Source of the DNA: Candidatus Bathyarchaeia archaeon
GTDB lineage: Archaea > Thermoproteota > CALKCG01 > B24
Direction: 5' to 3'
Length of the DNA stretch: 64,000 nucleotides
Assembly: GCA_038870975.1 (NCBI GenBank)
Contig: JAVZJD010000002.1
Location: 463,626-527,625, forward strand
Below the pieces are notes generated by a model that searched no databases, was not told the origin of the DNA, and saw nothing but the letters and a program-made list of their open reading frames with translations. Shown piece by piece: positions 1 to 8,802 of this stretch. Numbering within the stretch: the stretch's first letter is position 1; each line of letters starts with the position of its first letter. The position numbers were made by a program, and so were the translations under genes.

Positions 1-420
1 TCATTTGACAAGGAAATATCTGATAGAATTGGGAAAATGATGTTTCTATTAAACGTTAGTCCTAAAGATACTTTGAGAGTTTTAGAGGACTATGGTAGTT
101 TGACAAGAGAACAACCTTTAATTTTAGGTATAGTTGATTATAAGGATTTCTTTAAACAAAATCAGGAATATGAGTCAGATGATGAAGAGATAGAACAATT
201 CTTTAATGAATATAGTTTTCCATTGACTATTATTGATGTGATAACGTTAATTAAAAATAATTGTCTTATTCTTAAACTTCATGACAGCAAATTATTCTGT
301 TTAAATTCTAAAAATGTTATAAGAAGATTTTCTGTTGGAGAATTAAGAGATGTGATAGCCTTTATCATACCCATGGAGTTCTATGATAATTCATACGGTT
401 TCATAGGTGCATTTTCATGA
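1..420 (+). CDS. 3' portion of an ORF cut by the window edge; unknown product, possibly a cas-operon protein
   Basis: Frame 1 is open from nt 1 to TGA at 418-420; ATGA start/stop overlap with the following HD-nuclease gene; no diagnostic motif seen. Confidence 0.3.
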   Translation, partial: SFDKEISDRIGKMMFLLNVSPKDTLRVLEDYGSLTREQPLILGIVDYKDFFKQNQEYESDDEEIEQFFNEYSFPLTIIDVITLIKNNCLILKLHDSKLFCLNSKNVIRRFSVGELRDVIAFIIPMEFYDNSYGFIGAFS

Positions 421-1133
421 AAATATATGCTTATAATGATGGAGATAGGGTTGAGACGTTAGAAAGACATATAACTGCTGGGTTACGGTATATGCAAGAA
501 ATATATTTGAAGAATATGTACCATAGACATATTTCCAAAAGGTTGAACGTAAGCGACGAAGATTCAATAAATTTATTAAAAGTTGCATACATGCTACATG
601 ACCTAGGTAAAGCATATGATCCATTTCAAACTAGAATAATAGAAGGGCATGGTGCTCCCGGGCATGAGGTTCTCTCATCATATGTAGCTGTAAAGCATTG
701 TAAAGTATTGGATGAAAATCTGACTCGCTCTGTTGCCTTATCCATACTTCTTCATCATCATGCAATGAGGACTCTAAGTGAAGCATTCATACAGTTCTGC
801 GAAGTAAAGCATTTTACGATTTCTATGGAAAAAGCGGAGTGGCTTAAGAGAAACGTATACGCTGATGTTTTAAATTTTCTACCTAATTCTTTAACATCGG
901 AACAGGTCGTGAATGTTCTTATGAGAGAATTGAATCGTCTTATTACGCCTAAATTATCAGAGGGGCTTGGGCAGATATATGCAACTGCATACCTTATACT
1001 ACACCCTTTAATGGTATGTGATAATCTCTCAGCATACACAGCGAAGTTTGGAGGGGATATTGTAAAAGTTGAAGACTTAGACCTCGGTAAGTTGAGGAAT
1101 TGGATCAGAGAGTTCTTATTAAGCGTTTTATAG
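417..1133 (+). CDS. cas3: HD-domain nuclease, Cas3 HD (Cas3'')-like
   Basis: 238 aa; LHDLGKAYDPFQ (HD-x-GK-x4-FQ signature of Cas3 HD), GHGAPGHE, LLHHHAM; immediately upstream of cas6. Confidence 0.6.
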   Translation: MKIYAYNDGDRVETLERHITAGLRYMQEIYLKNMYHRHISKRLNVSDEDSINLLKVAYMLHDLGKAYDPFQTRIIEGHGAPGHEVLSSYVAVKHCKVLDENLTRSVALSILLHHHAMRTLSEAFIQFCEVKHFTISMEKAEWLKRNVYADVLNFLPNSLTSEQVVNVLMRELNRLITPKLSEGLGQIYATAYLILHPLMVCDNLSAYTAKFGGDIVKVEDLDLGKLRNWIREFLLSVL

Positions 1134-1157
1134 TCTATATATTTGGTTGAATGCTTC

Positions 1158-2057
1158 ATGACTCAAATCGTAGTAAGGTTTTCTATAAATTTCACCTCAT
1201 TATCCAACATAATCATCCCTCCCTTCTCGTCTAAGGTTTCTAGAACTCTCTTCATAAGGATGTTCAATAGGGGTGTGGAAAAACCCGTGGAGTACTTTTC
1301 CAGTGAAAAGTTTGTCTTTAAGCCTTTGATTTTAACCCCGGTCTACTGGATGGATGGGAAGCGTTACCTGTTTAAAGTAGATGATTCTGAGGGTTTGTCT
1401 AAGCCTTTAATCCTCCGGGAGAATACTAAGTACTGCTTCTACGCCGTCTTGATCAGTAGAGGTGGCGGTGAATTGTCTTCGCTGATTCAAGACTTGGCTC
1501 CAAGCTTGAAGCTGGAGCTTTTCAACGGAGAGGTTCTAGTTGAGAATATAGGCGTAGAAGTCAAGTCTTTCGAGGGCTTCGGATTTAAAGACTCAGATGG
1601 ACTTATAAGAGTAGAGTTTAAAACGCCAGTCCTCATAAGCTTTCCAAAGTCATGGGTTAAACTCGAAAGGAAGACGCCTGCAAGGCATAGTCTATTCCCA
1701 ATACCGTCGTTTATGATACATGGTTTAGCTGAACACTGGAACAGCTACGCACCTGAGGAGTTGAAAATCCCAAACGTAGCTAAGCTGAGGATATACAGCA
1801 ACTACTCACTCGTTGAGCAAGACTACAGCGTTAAGCCTGTCACGGCGGTATACGATGAGAAGCGTAGACCTAGAGGATTCATAGGCTGGACCCTATACAA
1901 GCATAGGAGGCTGAATCGAAGCCTAGACGAAAGCCTACTAAAACTATTAGACTACGCAAACTACGTAGGCGTCGGAAGGTCTAGAAGCATAGGCTTCGGA
2001 GTCGTAGAAGTAAAACCATACAACTCGAAAACAAGCCAACCCGTAAAAAGACCGTGA
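1158..2057 (+). CDS. cas6: CRISPR RNA endoribonuclease Cas6
   Basis: C-terminal glycine-rich loop GVGRSRSIGFGVVEV and overall similarity to Pyrococcus-type Cas6; ORF track starts at TTG 1143, ATG at 1158 more likely. Confidence 0.75.
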   Translation: MTQIVVRFSINFTSLSNIIIPPFSSKVSRTLFIRMFNRGVEKPVEYFSSEKFVFKPLILTPVYWMDGKRYLFKVDDSEGLSKPLILRENTKYCFYAVLISRGGGELSSLIQDLAPSLKLELFNGEVLVENIGVEVKSFEGFGFKDSDGLIRVEFKTPVLISFPKSWVKLERKTPARHSLFPIPSFMIHGLAEHWNSYAPEELKIPNVAKLRIYSNYSLVEQDYSVKPVTAVYDEKRRPRGFIGWTLYKHRRLNRSLDESLLKLLDYANYVGVGRSRSIGFGVVEVKPYNSKTSQPVKRP

Positions 2058-2238
2058 AGAATTAAACATCCCAGAGTAAAACATCCCCCCTTTAAACACT
2101 CAAAGCCATACTACGTAAAATAGCTTAACCGTAAAACCCACGAAGAGAATAAAAACCCGATAAAAAGCAAAACAGACTGTAAGAAGAGTAGTGAATACCC
2201 AAAAACAACTAGATAGGAGGAGGGGTCTAAACATCCAT

Positions 2239-2276
2239 AAAAAACACCATAAAAAACATCCATAAAACACCATAAA
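2239..2276 (-). terminator. oligo-T tracts (T6, T6, T4, T4 on minus strand) downstream of the ARH gene
   Basis: A-runs on plus strand at 2239-2244, 2251-2256, 2263-2266, 2273-2276 inside degenerate ~12-bp A/C-rich tandem units; archaeal terminators are oligo-T on the coding strand. Confidence 0.35.
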
Positions 2277-2311
2277 ACCCCCTCTTAAACCACATCTTCA
2301 ACTACACCACC

Positions 2312-3682
2312 CTAGGTTTTCACAACCCTCCTAGCCAATTTAAACGTCCTCTCCGCCAGCTTTGAAACCCTACTATTATCGTACCCTACTACGTAGCTTT
2401 CCACAGTATCGTTTAAAGGCCTAACCCACTTCTCAGGCAAAGCCTCAGCACCTAGGATTACACCCAATATCGAGCCTACGGTTGCACCGTTGCAGTCCGT
2501 ATCCAACCCACCCATAACACTCAACGCTATACTCCTCCCATAGTCTCCACCACCATACAGTAAAGCCATTACAACTATAGCCGCATTGTTTATCGTATGT
2601 ACAGGATGGTAATGCCCATACTTCCCGTATATCCGGCTTAAAGTATCCCTCCAATCGCTAAATTCAACACTCCAATTGAGAACATCTCCAACGGCTTCAG
2701 CAAACCTAGAACGCCTAGGTATTACAGAAAGCCCAGCGTATACAACATCCCTAACGTCATCCGTCGTAAAAGCAGCACTCACCATAGCACTAACAAACAT
2801 CTCACCGTAAACACCGTTTTTAACATGCGAAAGACTAGCATCCCGATAGGCAAGCTCAGCCGCAAAACCAGGGTTTCCAGGAGCAACATAACCCCACATA
2901 TCAGCCCTAATCTGAGCACCTATCCACTCCCTATACGGATTCATATACGTAGCCGTCTCAGGAGGCGTTAAACCATTGACAAGATTCCTATACGCGGCAC
3001 GCTCAGCCGTGTAAACCTGCCAGTATGGGAGAAGCGTAAGCCAAGCTTCACCAACGTTCATAGTTGTAAACTCAAAACCGTAGCTCTCTAAAACGTGTAA
3101 ATTCAGAATAGTATAATCTATATCGTCATCTCTAGCCATACGGTTTATCTGCCCACGTAAAACGCCGACACCAGTCTTCTTAAACACAGCATCAATATGG
3201 GAAAGCCTATCCTTCAACCACCCAGGGGCATCACTAGGCACATCGTATATAGGTGGAAAGTAGTCGTCAAGAGGATAAGCATCAGCAGTACGAAGCCAAA
3301 CCTCAATCTGCTCACGGCTAAAGCCTTCAACAGGCTTACCCAGTAGACAGCCAGCACAACGTCCAAGCCAACCACCGTAAATCTTATCCAAAACCTCCCC
3401 ATCCGATAAAGACAATTCAACCCTCCCAGGCTCCCATGGACGTTCAGCGACAATACCATCAAAGTCCAAAGGCTCAACATAAGGAAAGTCAGACCTCAAA
3501 GGGCAAACCTCCAAACCCCTTAAAACCCGCTCCAAATCCGACGTAGAAGGCTCCTTAACCCTTGAAAGCCACTCTTCAACCTCCCTAGTATCATAACCCT
3601 CCTCCCTTCTCTGGACAACTTCATCCAACACAATACTCTTCAACTCTCTAATATGCAAATTAGACACCACAAGAATATTCAC
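2312..3682 (-). CDS. ADP-ribosylglycohydrolase family protein with ~100-aa N-terminal extension
   Basis: 456 aa; GGWLGRCAGCLLGKPVEG and GGLDTDCNGATVGSILG motifs typical of the ARH/DraG family. Confidence 0.7.
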   Translation of the reverse strand: MNILVVSNLHIRELKSIVLDEVVQRREEGYDTREVEEWLSRVKEPSTSDLERVLRGLEVCPLRSDFPYVEPLDFDGIVAERPWEPGRVELSLSDGEVLDKIYGGWLGRCAGCLLGKPVEGFSREQIEVWLRTADAYPLDDYFPPIYDVPSDAPGWLKDRLSHIDAVFKKTGVGVLRGQINRMARDDDIDYTILNLHVLESYGFEFTTMNVGEAWLTLLPYWQVYTAERAAYRNLVNGLTPPETATYMNPYREWIGAQIRADMWGYVAPGNPGFAAELAYRDASLSHVKNGVYGEMFVSAMVSAAFTTDDVRDVVYAGLSVIPRRSRFAEAVGDVLNWSVEFSDWRDTLSRIYGKYGHYHPVHTINNAAIVVMALLYGGGDYGRSIALSVMGGLDTDCNGATVGSILGVILGAEALPEKWVRPLNDTVESYVVGYDNSRVSKLAERTFKLARRVVKT

Positions 3683-3734
3683 AACCCTAATGAAAAACCT
3701 TCAGATAACAAAAATGGGAAAACGACTTTAAATG

Positions 3735-4031
3735 CTAGAGGAGACTCAACTTCCGCATATTCTCCATCAGCCTAGCGTCAGTTATACGGTAGTAAACCCA
3801 TTTACCGCTCTTCCTCTCCCTAATCAAACCAGCGTTTTTAAGTATCCCGAGGTGGTGGGATATAGTAGGCTGCGTTAAACCCAGAGCAGACATCAACTCG
3901 CATACGCACATTTCACCTCTAACATCTAGAAGCATTAAAATCTTCAGCCTAGTCTCATTGGCTAAAGCCTTGAAAAGCCTACTCTTCTCACCGATAAATC
4001 TATCATCTAGGCTTTGTTCAAACTGGTCCAA
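3735..4031 (-). CDS. ArsR/SmtB-family winged-helix transcriptional regulator
   Basis: 98 aa; HTH region ELMSALGLTQPTISHHLGILKNAGLI; 52 bp upstream of and co-oriented with the ARH gene. Confidence 0.7.
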   Translation of the reverse strand: MDQFEQSLDDRFIGEKSRLFKALANETRLKILMLLDVRGEMCVCELMSALGLTQPTISHHLGILKNAGLIRERKSGKWVYYRITDARLMENMRKLSLL

Positions 4032-4067
4032 CGGTCTACGCCTACTTCAATAGTGGAAAACTCGTTT

Positions 4068-4093
4068 ATATATTTATCATATATATTTATCAT
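4068..4093. promoter_or_regulatory. perfect tandem direct repeat ATATATTTATCAT x2 in a divergent intergenic region (candidate operator or TATA region)
   Basis: Copies at 4068-4080 and 4081-4093, followed by palindromic ATCGAT; lies between divergently transcribed arsR-like (start 4031) and mvhD-like (start 4149) genes. Confidence 0.4.
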
Positions 4094-4148
4094 ATCGATA
4101 AATTTAAATATTTCAATCTGAAACTAATGAGAAAAATGGTGTTAAACC

Positions 4149-4526
4149 ATGACTGGAAAGCCGCGGTTTATAATGTGCATATGCACTGGTGAATGCCCAG
4201 GTTTTGCTAAGCTCGACCTCTGGAAGCTGATAAACTTCATCCGAAACGAGCTCGACGTCGAATACGCCATAGTCCACCCGCAACTATGCGTTGACGACGG
4301 CGATAGATTCTGGAGAGACTACCTCCAGGAGGGTAGGAAAGACATCGTATATATAGTTGGTGGATGCGACCCTAGAATGCAGAGAAGGCTCTTCAGCGAA
4401 GCCTTTAAAACGAAAGGCCTAGACATAGAGAAACAGCTGGTCTCACTAGACTTAAGAAACATGGATACAGCTGAAGCCATGAAGAAAGTCGAAGAAACAG
4501 TCAACAAAATCCTTGGAAAACAGTAA
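4149..4526 (+). CDS. MvhD/FlpD-like iron-sulfur protein (hydrogenase/heterodisulfide-reductase-associated delta subunit family), putative
   Basis: 125 aa; Cys pattern CICTGEC ... VGGCDPRMQRR resembling the MvhD cluster-binding region; assignment by eye only. Confidence 0.4.
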   Translation: MTGKPRFIMCICTGECPGFAKLDLWKLINFIRNELDVEYAIVHPQLCVDDGDRFWRDYLQEGRKDIVYIVGGCDPRMQRRLFSEAFKTKGLDIEKQLVSLDLRNMDTAEAMKKVEETVNKILGKQ

Positions 4527-4563
4527 AACATCTTCCACAGAATAAAAACCAGTCTTCAAATTT

Positions 4564-4869
4564 TTGGAGCGTGAAAAAATGGTAGAAACCTACATGGGAA
4601 TCCCAAGAAGGGAAATTCCTTGGTTTCCAAGGATAGACTACAGTAAATGCACAGGATGCTTAACATGCGTTAAAATAGACCAAGCAGCGGGACACAACGT
4701 TTACGACGCCGAAGGAAACCCTCCACGGCCAATAGTTAAAAACCCCTATGAATGCGTCGTCGGATGTCAGACATGTGCGAAGATGTGTCCAAACAACGCC
4801 ATAACATTCCCATCGAAAGAGGAATTGAAAAACATCCTAAAAGAGCTGAGAACGAAATACTCAAAGTAG
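4564..4869 (+). CDS. 4Fe-4S ferredoxin-domain protein
   Basis: 101 aa; CTGCLTC and CVVGCQTCAKMCP cluster motifs; 37 bp downstream of the mvhD-like gene. Confidence 0.55.
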   Translation: MEREKMVETYMGIPRREIPWFPRIDYSKCTGCLTCVKIDQAAGHNVYDAEGNPPRPIVKNPYECVVGCQTCAKMCPNNAITFPSKEELKNILKELRTKYSK

Positions 4870-4940
4870 CATTCTAAGCTTCACCATATTTTATTCCTCC
4901 AATAAAAATATCAATGATAGAGAAGTTCGGAATAGACAGA

Positions 4941-5231
4941 TTAATCTCTCACCGGCGGAGGAATCGTGATTAAAGTCTGAGTTCTAAGAACACCCTTTAT
5001 ACTCTGAACCCTTTCAATTATAATCCCAAGGTCCTCCATCTTCTCAAACTCAACTTGAATGACATCATCAAACTGCCCAGTCACAGCATAAGCCTCTATA
5101 ACACCTTTAATCTTAAGCGCTTCTTCAGCAACCCTCCATATCATACGGGGCTCAGAATTCACAAGAATGTAAGCCTTCAAACACCCACCCCAAATATATA
5201 GCAACGTCAAACTATAAAAGATTAGCCTCAA
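4941..5231 (-). CDS. Lrp/AsnC-type ligand-binding (RAM) domain protein, stand-alone
   Basis: Core KAYILVN...GVIEAYAVTGQFDDVIQVEF...GVLRTQTLI matches the RAM-domain pattern; no N-terminal HTH; true start uncertain. Confidence 0.5.
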   Translation of the reverse strand: MRLIFYSLTLLYIWGGCLKAYILVNSEPRMIWRVAEEALKIKGVIEAYAVTGQFDDVIQVEFEKMEDLGIIIERVQSIKGVLRTQTLITIPPPVRD

Positions 5232-5498
5232 ACCTTCAATAAATCCTCAGGCGTTACCCTTTAAACCCAATCCACCGAGTCAAAGTGAACAACATAAGAT
5301 ACTATCGTCCTACTGGAAAGCTCTTTAAGAGCTTGAACCACAATCGCATCGTCGAAGTCTAAGCCGTAATCCCTCATAAATCAACTTTACGTTTTGAAAT
5401 TATCTTTAAATAACCTTCCTCTTTACGATGCATAGGTAAACGGTTACCGTAAGCCTTATAAACAACATAAGTGTAAATAGCGGAGAGGTGCCTACCTC

Positions 5499-7091
5499 AT
5501 GGACTCCAGATACTTAAACTCAAAACCCACCAATTGGACGTCTACAAGGGTTAAAGAGACAGCGGCGTCAAGCGGAATGTGTCCTATATGCATAGAAGAA
5601 TGCCCATTCATATGCGAAATAGCACTCTCTGCTTTCAGAGGTAGAGAAGCATTATATCCCGCACCTTTCCAATTCGGACGTAGTACGGCTGGAGCGGTTA
5701 AAGACTACGGTTTAGACTGGAGCCACTTCAACTTCCACTGTGAAGTTAGAGGTGTGAAAGGTATAGAGGCAGACCCAGATAAAGCACTATTCCCAAATGT
5801 AGACATTGAAACGAACATCGGAGGCATTAAACTTAGAATACCGATTATAAGCGGCGCTTTAGGCTCTACAGCCGTAGCCTCACGCTACTGGAGAAGCGTA
5901 GCAGTCGGATGTGCTCTAACTGGTACACTAATCACAGTCGGTGAAAACGTATGTGGCATGGATCCTGAAGCCGAAATATCACAAGGGAAACTTGTAGAAT
6001 CACCAGACTTAAGGTCTAGGGTTGAAGCCTACAGAGAATTCTGGGATGGAAAATACGGCGGAATAGCTGTTCAAACGAACGTAGAAGACCAAAGGCTTGG
6101 CGTAGATATCTACGCATTGACTAAACTCGAAGTAGATGTTATAGAGCGTAAGTGGGGTCAAGGCGCTAAAGCAATAGGCGGAGAAGTTAGAGTCTACGAC
6201 TTAGACAAAGCGATAATGCTCAAGAGGAGAGGATACTTAGTCATACCTGACCCTGAAGACCCAGAAGTTCAAGCGGCATTCAAAAGCAACTTTATAAAGA
6301 GTTTTGAAAGACACAGCCGCGTAGGAATTACATCTAAAGAAGAGTTTCTCGAAGATGTAGATAGGCTTAGAGAACAGGGTGCAAAACACATAAGCTTAAA
6401 AACAGGAGCCTACAGACCCTCCGCTACGGCTTACACGCTGAAGCTTGCATCTGAAGCAAAAATAGACTATATAACTTTCGACGGATGTGAAGGCGGAACT
6501 GGTATGAGCCCCGTTCCAATGATGGATGAAATGGGCGTCCCAACAGTATACTTGGAGGCGCAGGTCTTAAAGGCCTGTGAAATACTCAAGAAGAAAGGGA
6601 GGTATGTGCCAGACATAGTGATGGCTGGTGGATTCGTAAATGAAACCCAAGTTTTAAAATCCATAGCCTTAGGAAACTTTGGAGAAACTTCCTACGTCAA
6701 AGCCGTGGTTATCGGCAGAGCCATGCTGACGGCAGCTATGAAAGCTGAACATTTCGCCAGATTAGCCAAGGAGAAGAATCTACCAAGACAATTTACAACC
6801 ATATACGGTGAAGAACCTGAGAAATTCTACCCATTCCTTCCGGAGCTTAAAGAATCCCTCGGAAATAGAATAAGTCGAGTACCTTGGGGTGCACTAGGAG
6901 TATACGGATATATGGAGAGAATGCGAGTAGGACTCCAACAGCTTTTAGCTGGTATGCGTAAATTTAAATTAAGCCTAGTTTCAAGAGAAGACCTATTCGC
7001 TTTAACTGAAAGGGCGGCTAAAGCCACAGGCATACCATTAGCTGAAGAATCTGAATCCGGAGAAATGGAAGCCATACTTTTAGACGATTAA
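5499..7091 (+). CDS. FMN-binding glutamate-synthase-like (GltB domain 2 family) protein
   Basis: 530 aa; N-terminal Cys cluster CPICIEECPFIC followed by a barrel-like region with DGCEGGTGMSP; family assignment by eye. Confidence 0.5.
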   Translation: MDSRYLNSKPTNWTSTRVKETAASSGMCPICIEECPFICEIALSAFRGREALYPAPFQFGRSTAGAVKDYGLDWSHFNFHCEVRGVKGIEADPDKALFPNVDIETNIGGIKLRIPIISGALGSTAVASRYWRSVAVGCALTGTLITVGENVCGMDPEAEISQGKLVESPDLRSRVEAYREFWDGKYGGIAVQTNVEDQRLGVDIYALTKLEVDVIERKWGQGAKAIGGEVRVYDLDKAIMLKRRGYLVIPDPEDPEVQAAFKSNFIKSFERHSRVGITSKEEFLEDVDRLREQGAKHISLKTGAYRPSATAYTLKLASEAKIDYITFDGCEGGTGMSPVPMMDEMGVPTVYLEAQVLKACEILKKKGRYVPDIVMAGGFVNETQVLKSIALGNFGETSYVKAVVIGRAMLTAAMKAEHFARLAKEKNLPRQFTTIYGEEPEKFYPFLPELKESLGNRISRVPWGALGVYGYMERMRVGLQQLLAGMRKFKLSLVSREDLFALTERAAKATGIPLAEESESGEMEAILLDD

Positions 7092-7119
7092 ACAACACAT
7101 TTAAAAAGAAAAAGAGGAC

Positions 7120-7638
7120 CTACAACCCCAGCTTTTTCTTAGAACCATACTTTTCCCAGTGAACCTTCTCCTCTAAAGGTATTCTAGTCCTAGTAGGAGA
7201 CTCATCAGGATACCCCAATGATACAGTACACAGTACTCTCAAATCTTCAGGCACACCTAGAAGCTTTTTAATCGGCTCTTCAAACTCAGTATCTATAACA
7301 CCCATCCAACAAGTACCTAAACCCAGCGAATGAGCAGCCAACATTAGATTCTGCGTAGCCACAGCCGCATCGCCATGCCAATACCTAGACACGGGCTTAG
7401 CCAATACAACTATTACGACGGGGCTTTGAGCCATATGCCTCCCATACCTGTGGATTTCAGCCAACTTCTTCCTCACATCAGGGTCTTTCACCACTATGAA
7501 CTCCCAAGGCTGAGAATTCATAGCCGAGGGAGCCCATCTAGCGGCATCTAAACACTGGATCACCTTCTCATCTTCCACAGGTGTACTCTTGTAACGTCTT
7601 ATACTACGTCTGGTTTTAATAGCCTCCATTACATCCAT
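7120..7638 (-). CDS. nitroreductase-family protein
   Basis: 172 aa; IKTRRSIRRY and QPWEFIVVKD motifs typical of the NAD(P)H nitroreductase fold. Confidence 0.75.
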   Translation of the reverse strand: MDVMEAIKTRRSIRRYKSTPVEDEKVIQCLDAARWAPSAMNSQPWEFIVVKDPDVRKKLAEIHRYGRHMAQSPVVIVVLAKPVSRYWHGDAAVATQNLMLAAHSLGLGTCWMGVIDTEFEEPIKKLLGVPEDLRVLCTVSLGYPDESPTRTRIPLEEKVHWEKYGSKKKLGL

Positions 7639-7690
7639 ACATTAGACACCTCTAGATAATATGACGGCTTATGCTTAAAAATTTTAAACA

Positions 7691-8740
7691 TCATACGATG
7701 GGTTTAATGTAATCTCTACACTCGGCTTCGAAGCTCCCAATAACCAACCTATGATAAGCTTCACCACTCCTACGATCTATAACCATCTCAAGCTTACCAA
7801 GGGCCTCTACAGCATCTCCCACTTCAAAAATACCAGCGTAAAAACCCTCATAAGTCGTAAGCTCAACTAAATCTTCGACCTTAGGACCGCTTAGAAATTC
7901 AACATTCGACAGCTTGTAGACTGCAGGCATGAAGTAGGAGTCGCCAACGTCAACTACTGTAGCTTTAACCTTAACCAAATCACCAGTAGGCTTGTACGTG
8001 AAATCCCCATACTGCTCTGAAGAATCCTCCTCAATCTTTACGGGATGTACTGAGAACTCTGTACCTGCATAAATACCTCTACTCCACACCCTCCTGCATA
8101 TCTCCCAAGCATCCTTTAAACTCAACCCGTACTGTTTAGCTTTACTGAAAACCCACTTATCGAACTCCCCATTACTAAGCCATTGGACAACTCCGTTCTT
8201 CTTAAGTTCGATTAAAGTGCTTCTAATTTTAGAAGCACTTCCCCTACCGTAAACCGTTAAATCCACGTCTGAGAAAGAGGGGTTATGGATTTTGAGAAGT
8301 ATTGAACCAGTTACTCCAAAGTATTCAATAGGTATACCACTAGCTTCAGATAGTAGATCCACGAGTTCAACCGTCCTTCTCTCTAAAACGTCTAAATGTT
8401 CAATGGGTTCTCTGTAGAGTTCTCTCAACCGGAGCTCAGGCTTAAAATGCATTCTAATACTGTCAACGGGAACTGTTATCATCTCCAAGCTCATATGATC
8501 CAACCTACAGACGTAGCGTGGAAAACTGCCCTTCAGGAAGTTTAAAACCTCCTTCACGGACAAGGTTGTGTAAGACTTCAGTATTCGAGAGTATTTACGC
8601 TCCCTACCCCAAAGCCCGAAATCGCTGGGAACATATTTCAAGTAAGATATCACTCTATCCTTAGGGTGAACGTTTCCAATTACGCAGAAGAACATACCTT
8701 CATATGTTTCAAGGAAGTCTCTATCTCTAAACAGCCTCAT
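7691..8740 (-). CDS. uncharacterised nucleotidyltransferase-fold protein (Pol-beta superfamily motif), paralog 1
   Basis: 349 aa; GVTGSILLKIHNPSFSDVDLTVYG = hG[GS]-x11-DhDh NTase signature in the middle of the protein; clear paralogy with 8803-9834. Confidence 0.45.
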   Translation of the reverse strand: MRLFRDRDFLETYEGMFFCVIGNVHPKDRVISYLKYVPSDFGLWGRERKYSRILKSYTTLSVKEVLNFLKGSFPRYVCRLDHMSLEMITVPVDSIRMHFKPELRLRELYREPIEHLDVLERRTVELVDLLSEASGIPIEYFGVTGSILLKIHNPSFSDVDLTVYGRGSASKIRSTLIELKKNGVVQWLSNGEFDKWVFSKAKQYGLSLKDAWEICRRVWSRGIYAGTEFSVHPVKIEEDSSEQYGDFTYKPTGDLVKVKATVVDVGDSYFMPAVYKLSNVEFLSGPKVEDLVELTTYEGFYAGIFEVGDAVEALGKLEMVIDRRSGEAYHRLVIGSFEAECRDYIKPIV

Positions 8741-8802
8741 AACGTGGGATTTGATATCGGTAACTCTTTATATAAGCGTTACATTGGTTTAAGATTTAGA
8801 AT

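Noticed and set aside
1131-1160. Cas3-HD stop (TAG) and the cas6 start are in the same frame three codons apart; likewise the RNR stop TAG and the cobA ATG at 62495-62503. Considered TAG readthrough fusions
   Set aside because: Same-frame spacing has a one-in-three chance expectation, both downstream genes have their own start, and TAG terminates other conserved genes here; tight operon spacing is sufficient
2058-2311. A/C-rich degenerate ~12-bp tandem units (AACATCCATAAAA-like) just after cas6, considered as a possible CRISPR array or leader
   Set aside because: Units are too short and irregular and have no spacers; better explained as oligo-T terminator tracts for the minus-strand ARH gene
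5267-5378. 38-codon minus-strand ORF (MRDYGLDFDDAIVVQALKELSSRTIVSYVVHFDSVDWV) faintly resembling a PIN-domain C-terminus
   Set aside because: Too short, no N-terminal catalytic part, and overlaps the promoter region of the GltS-like gene
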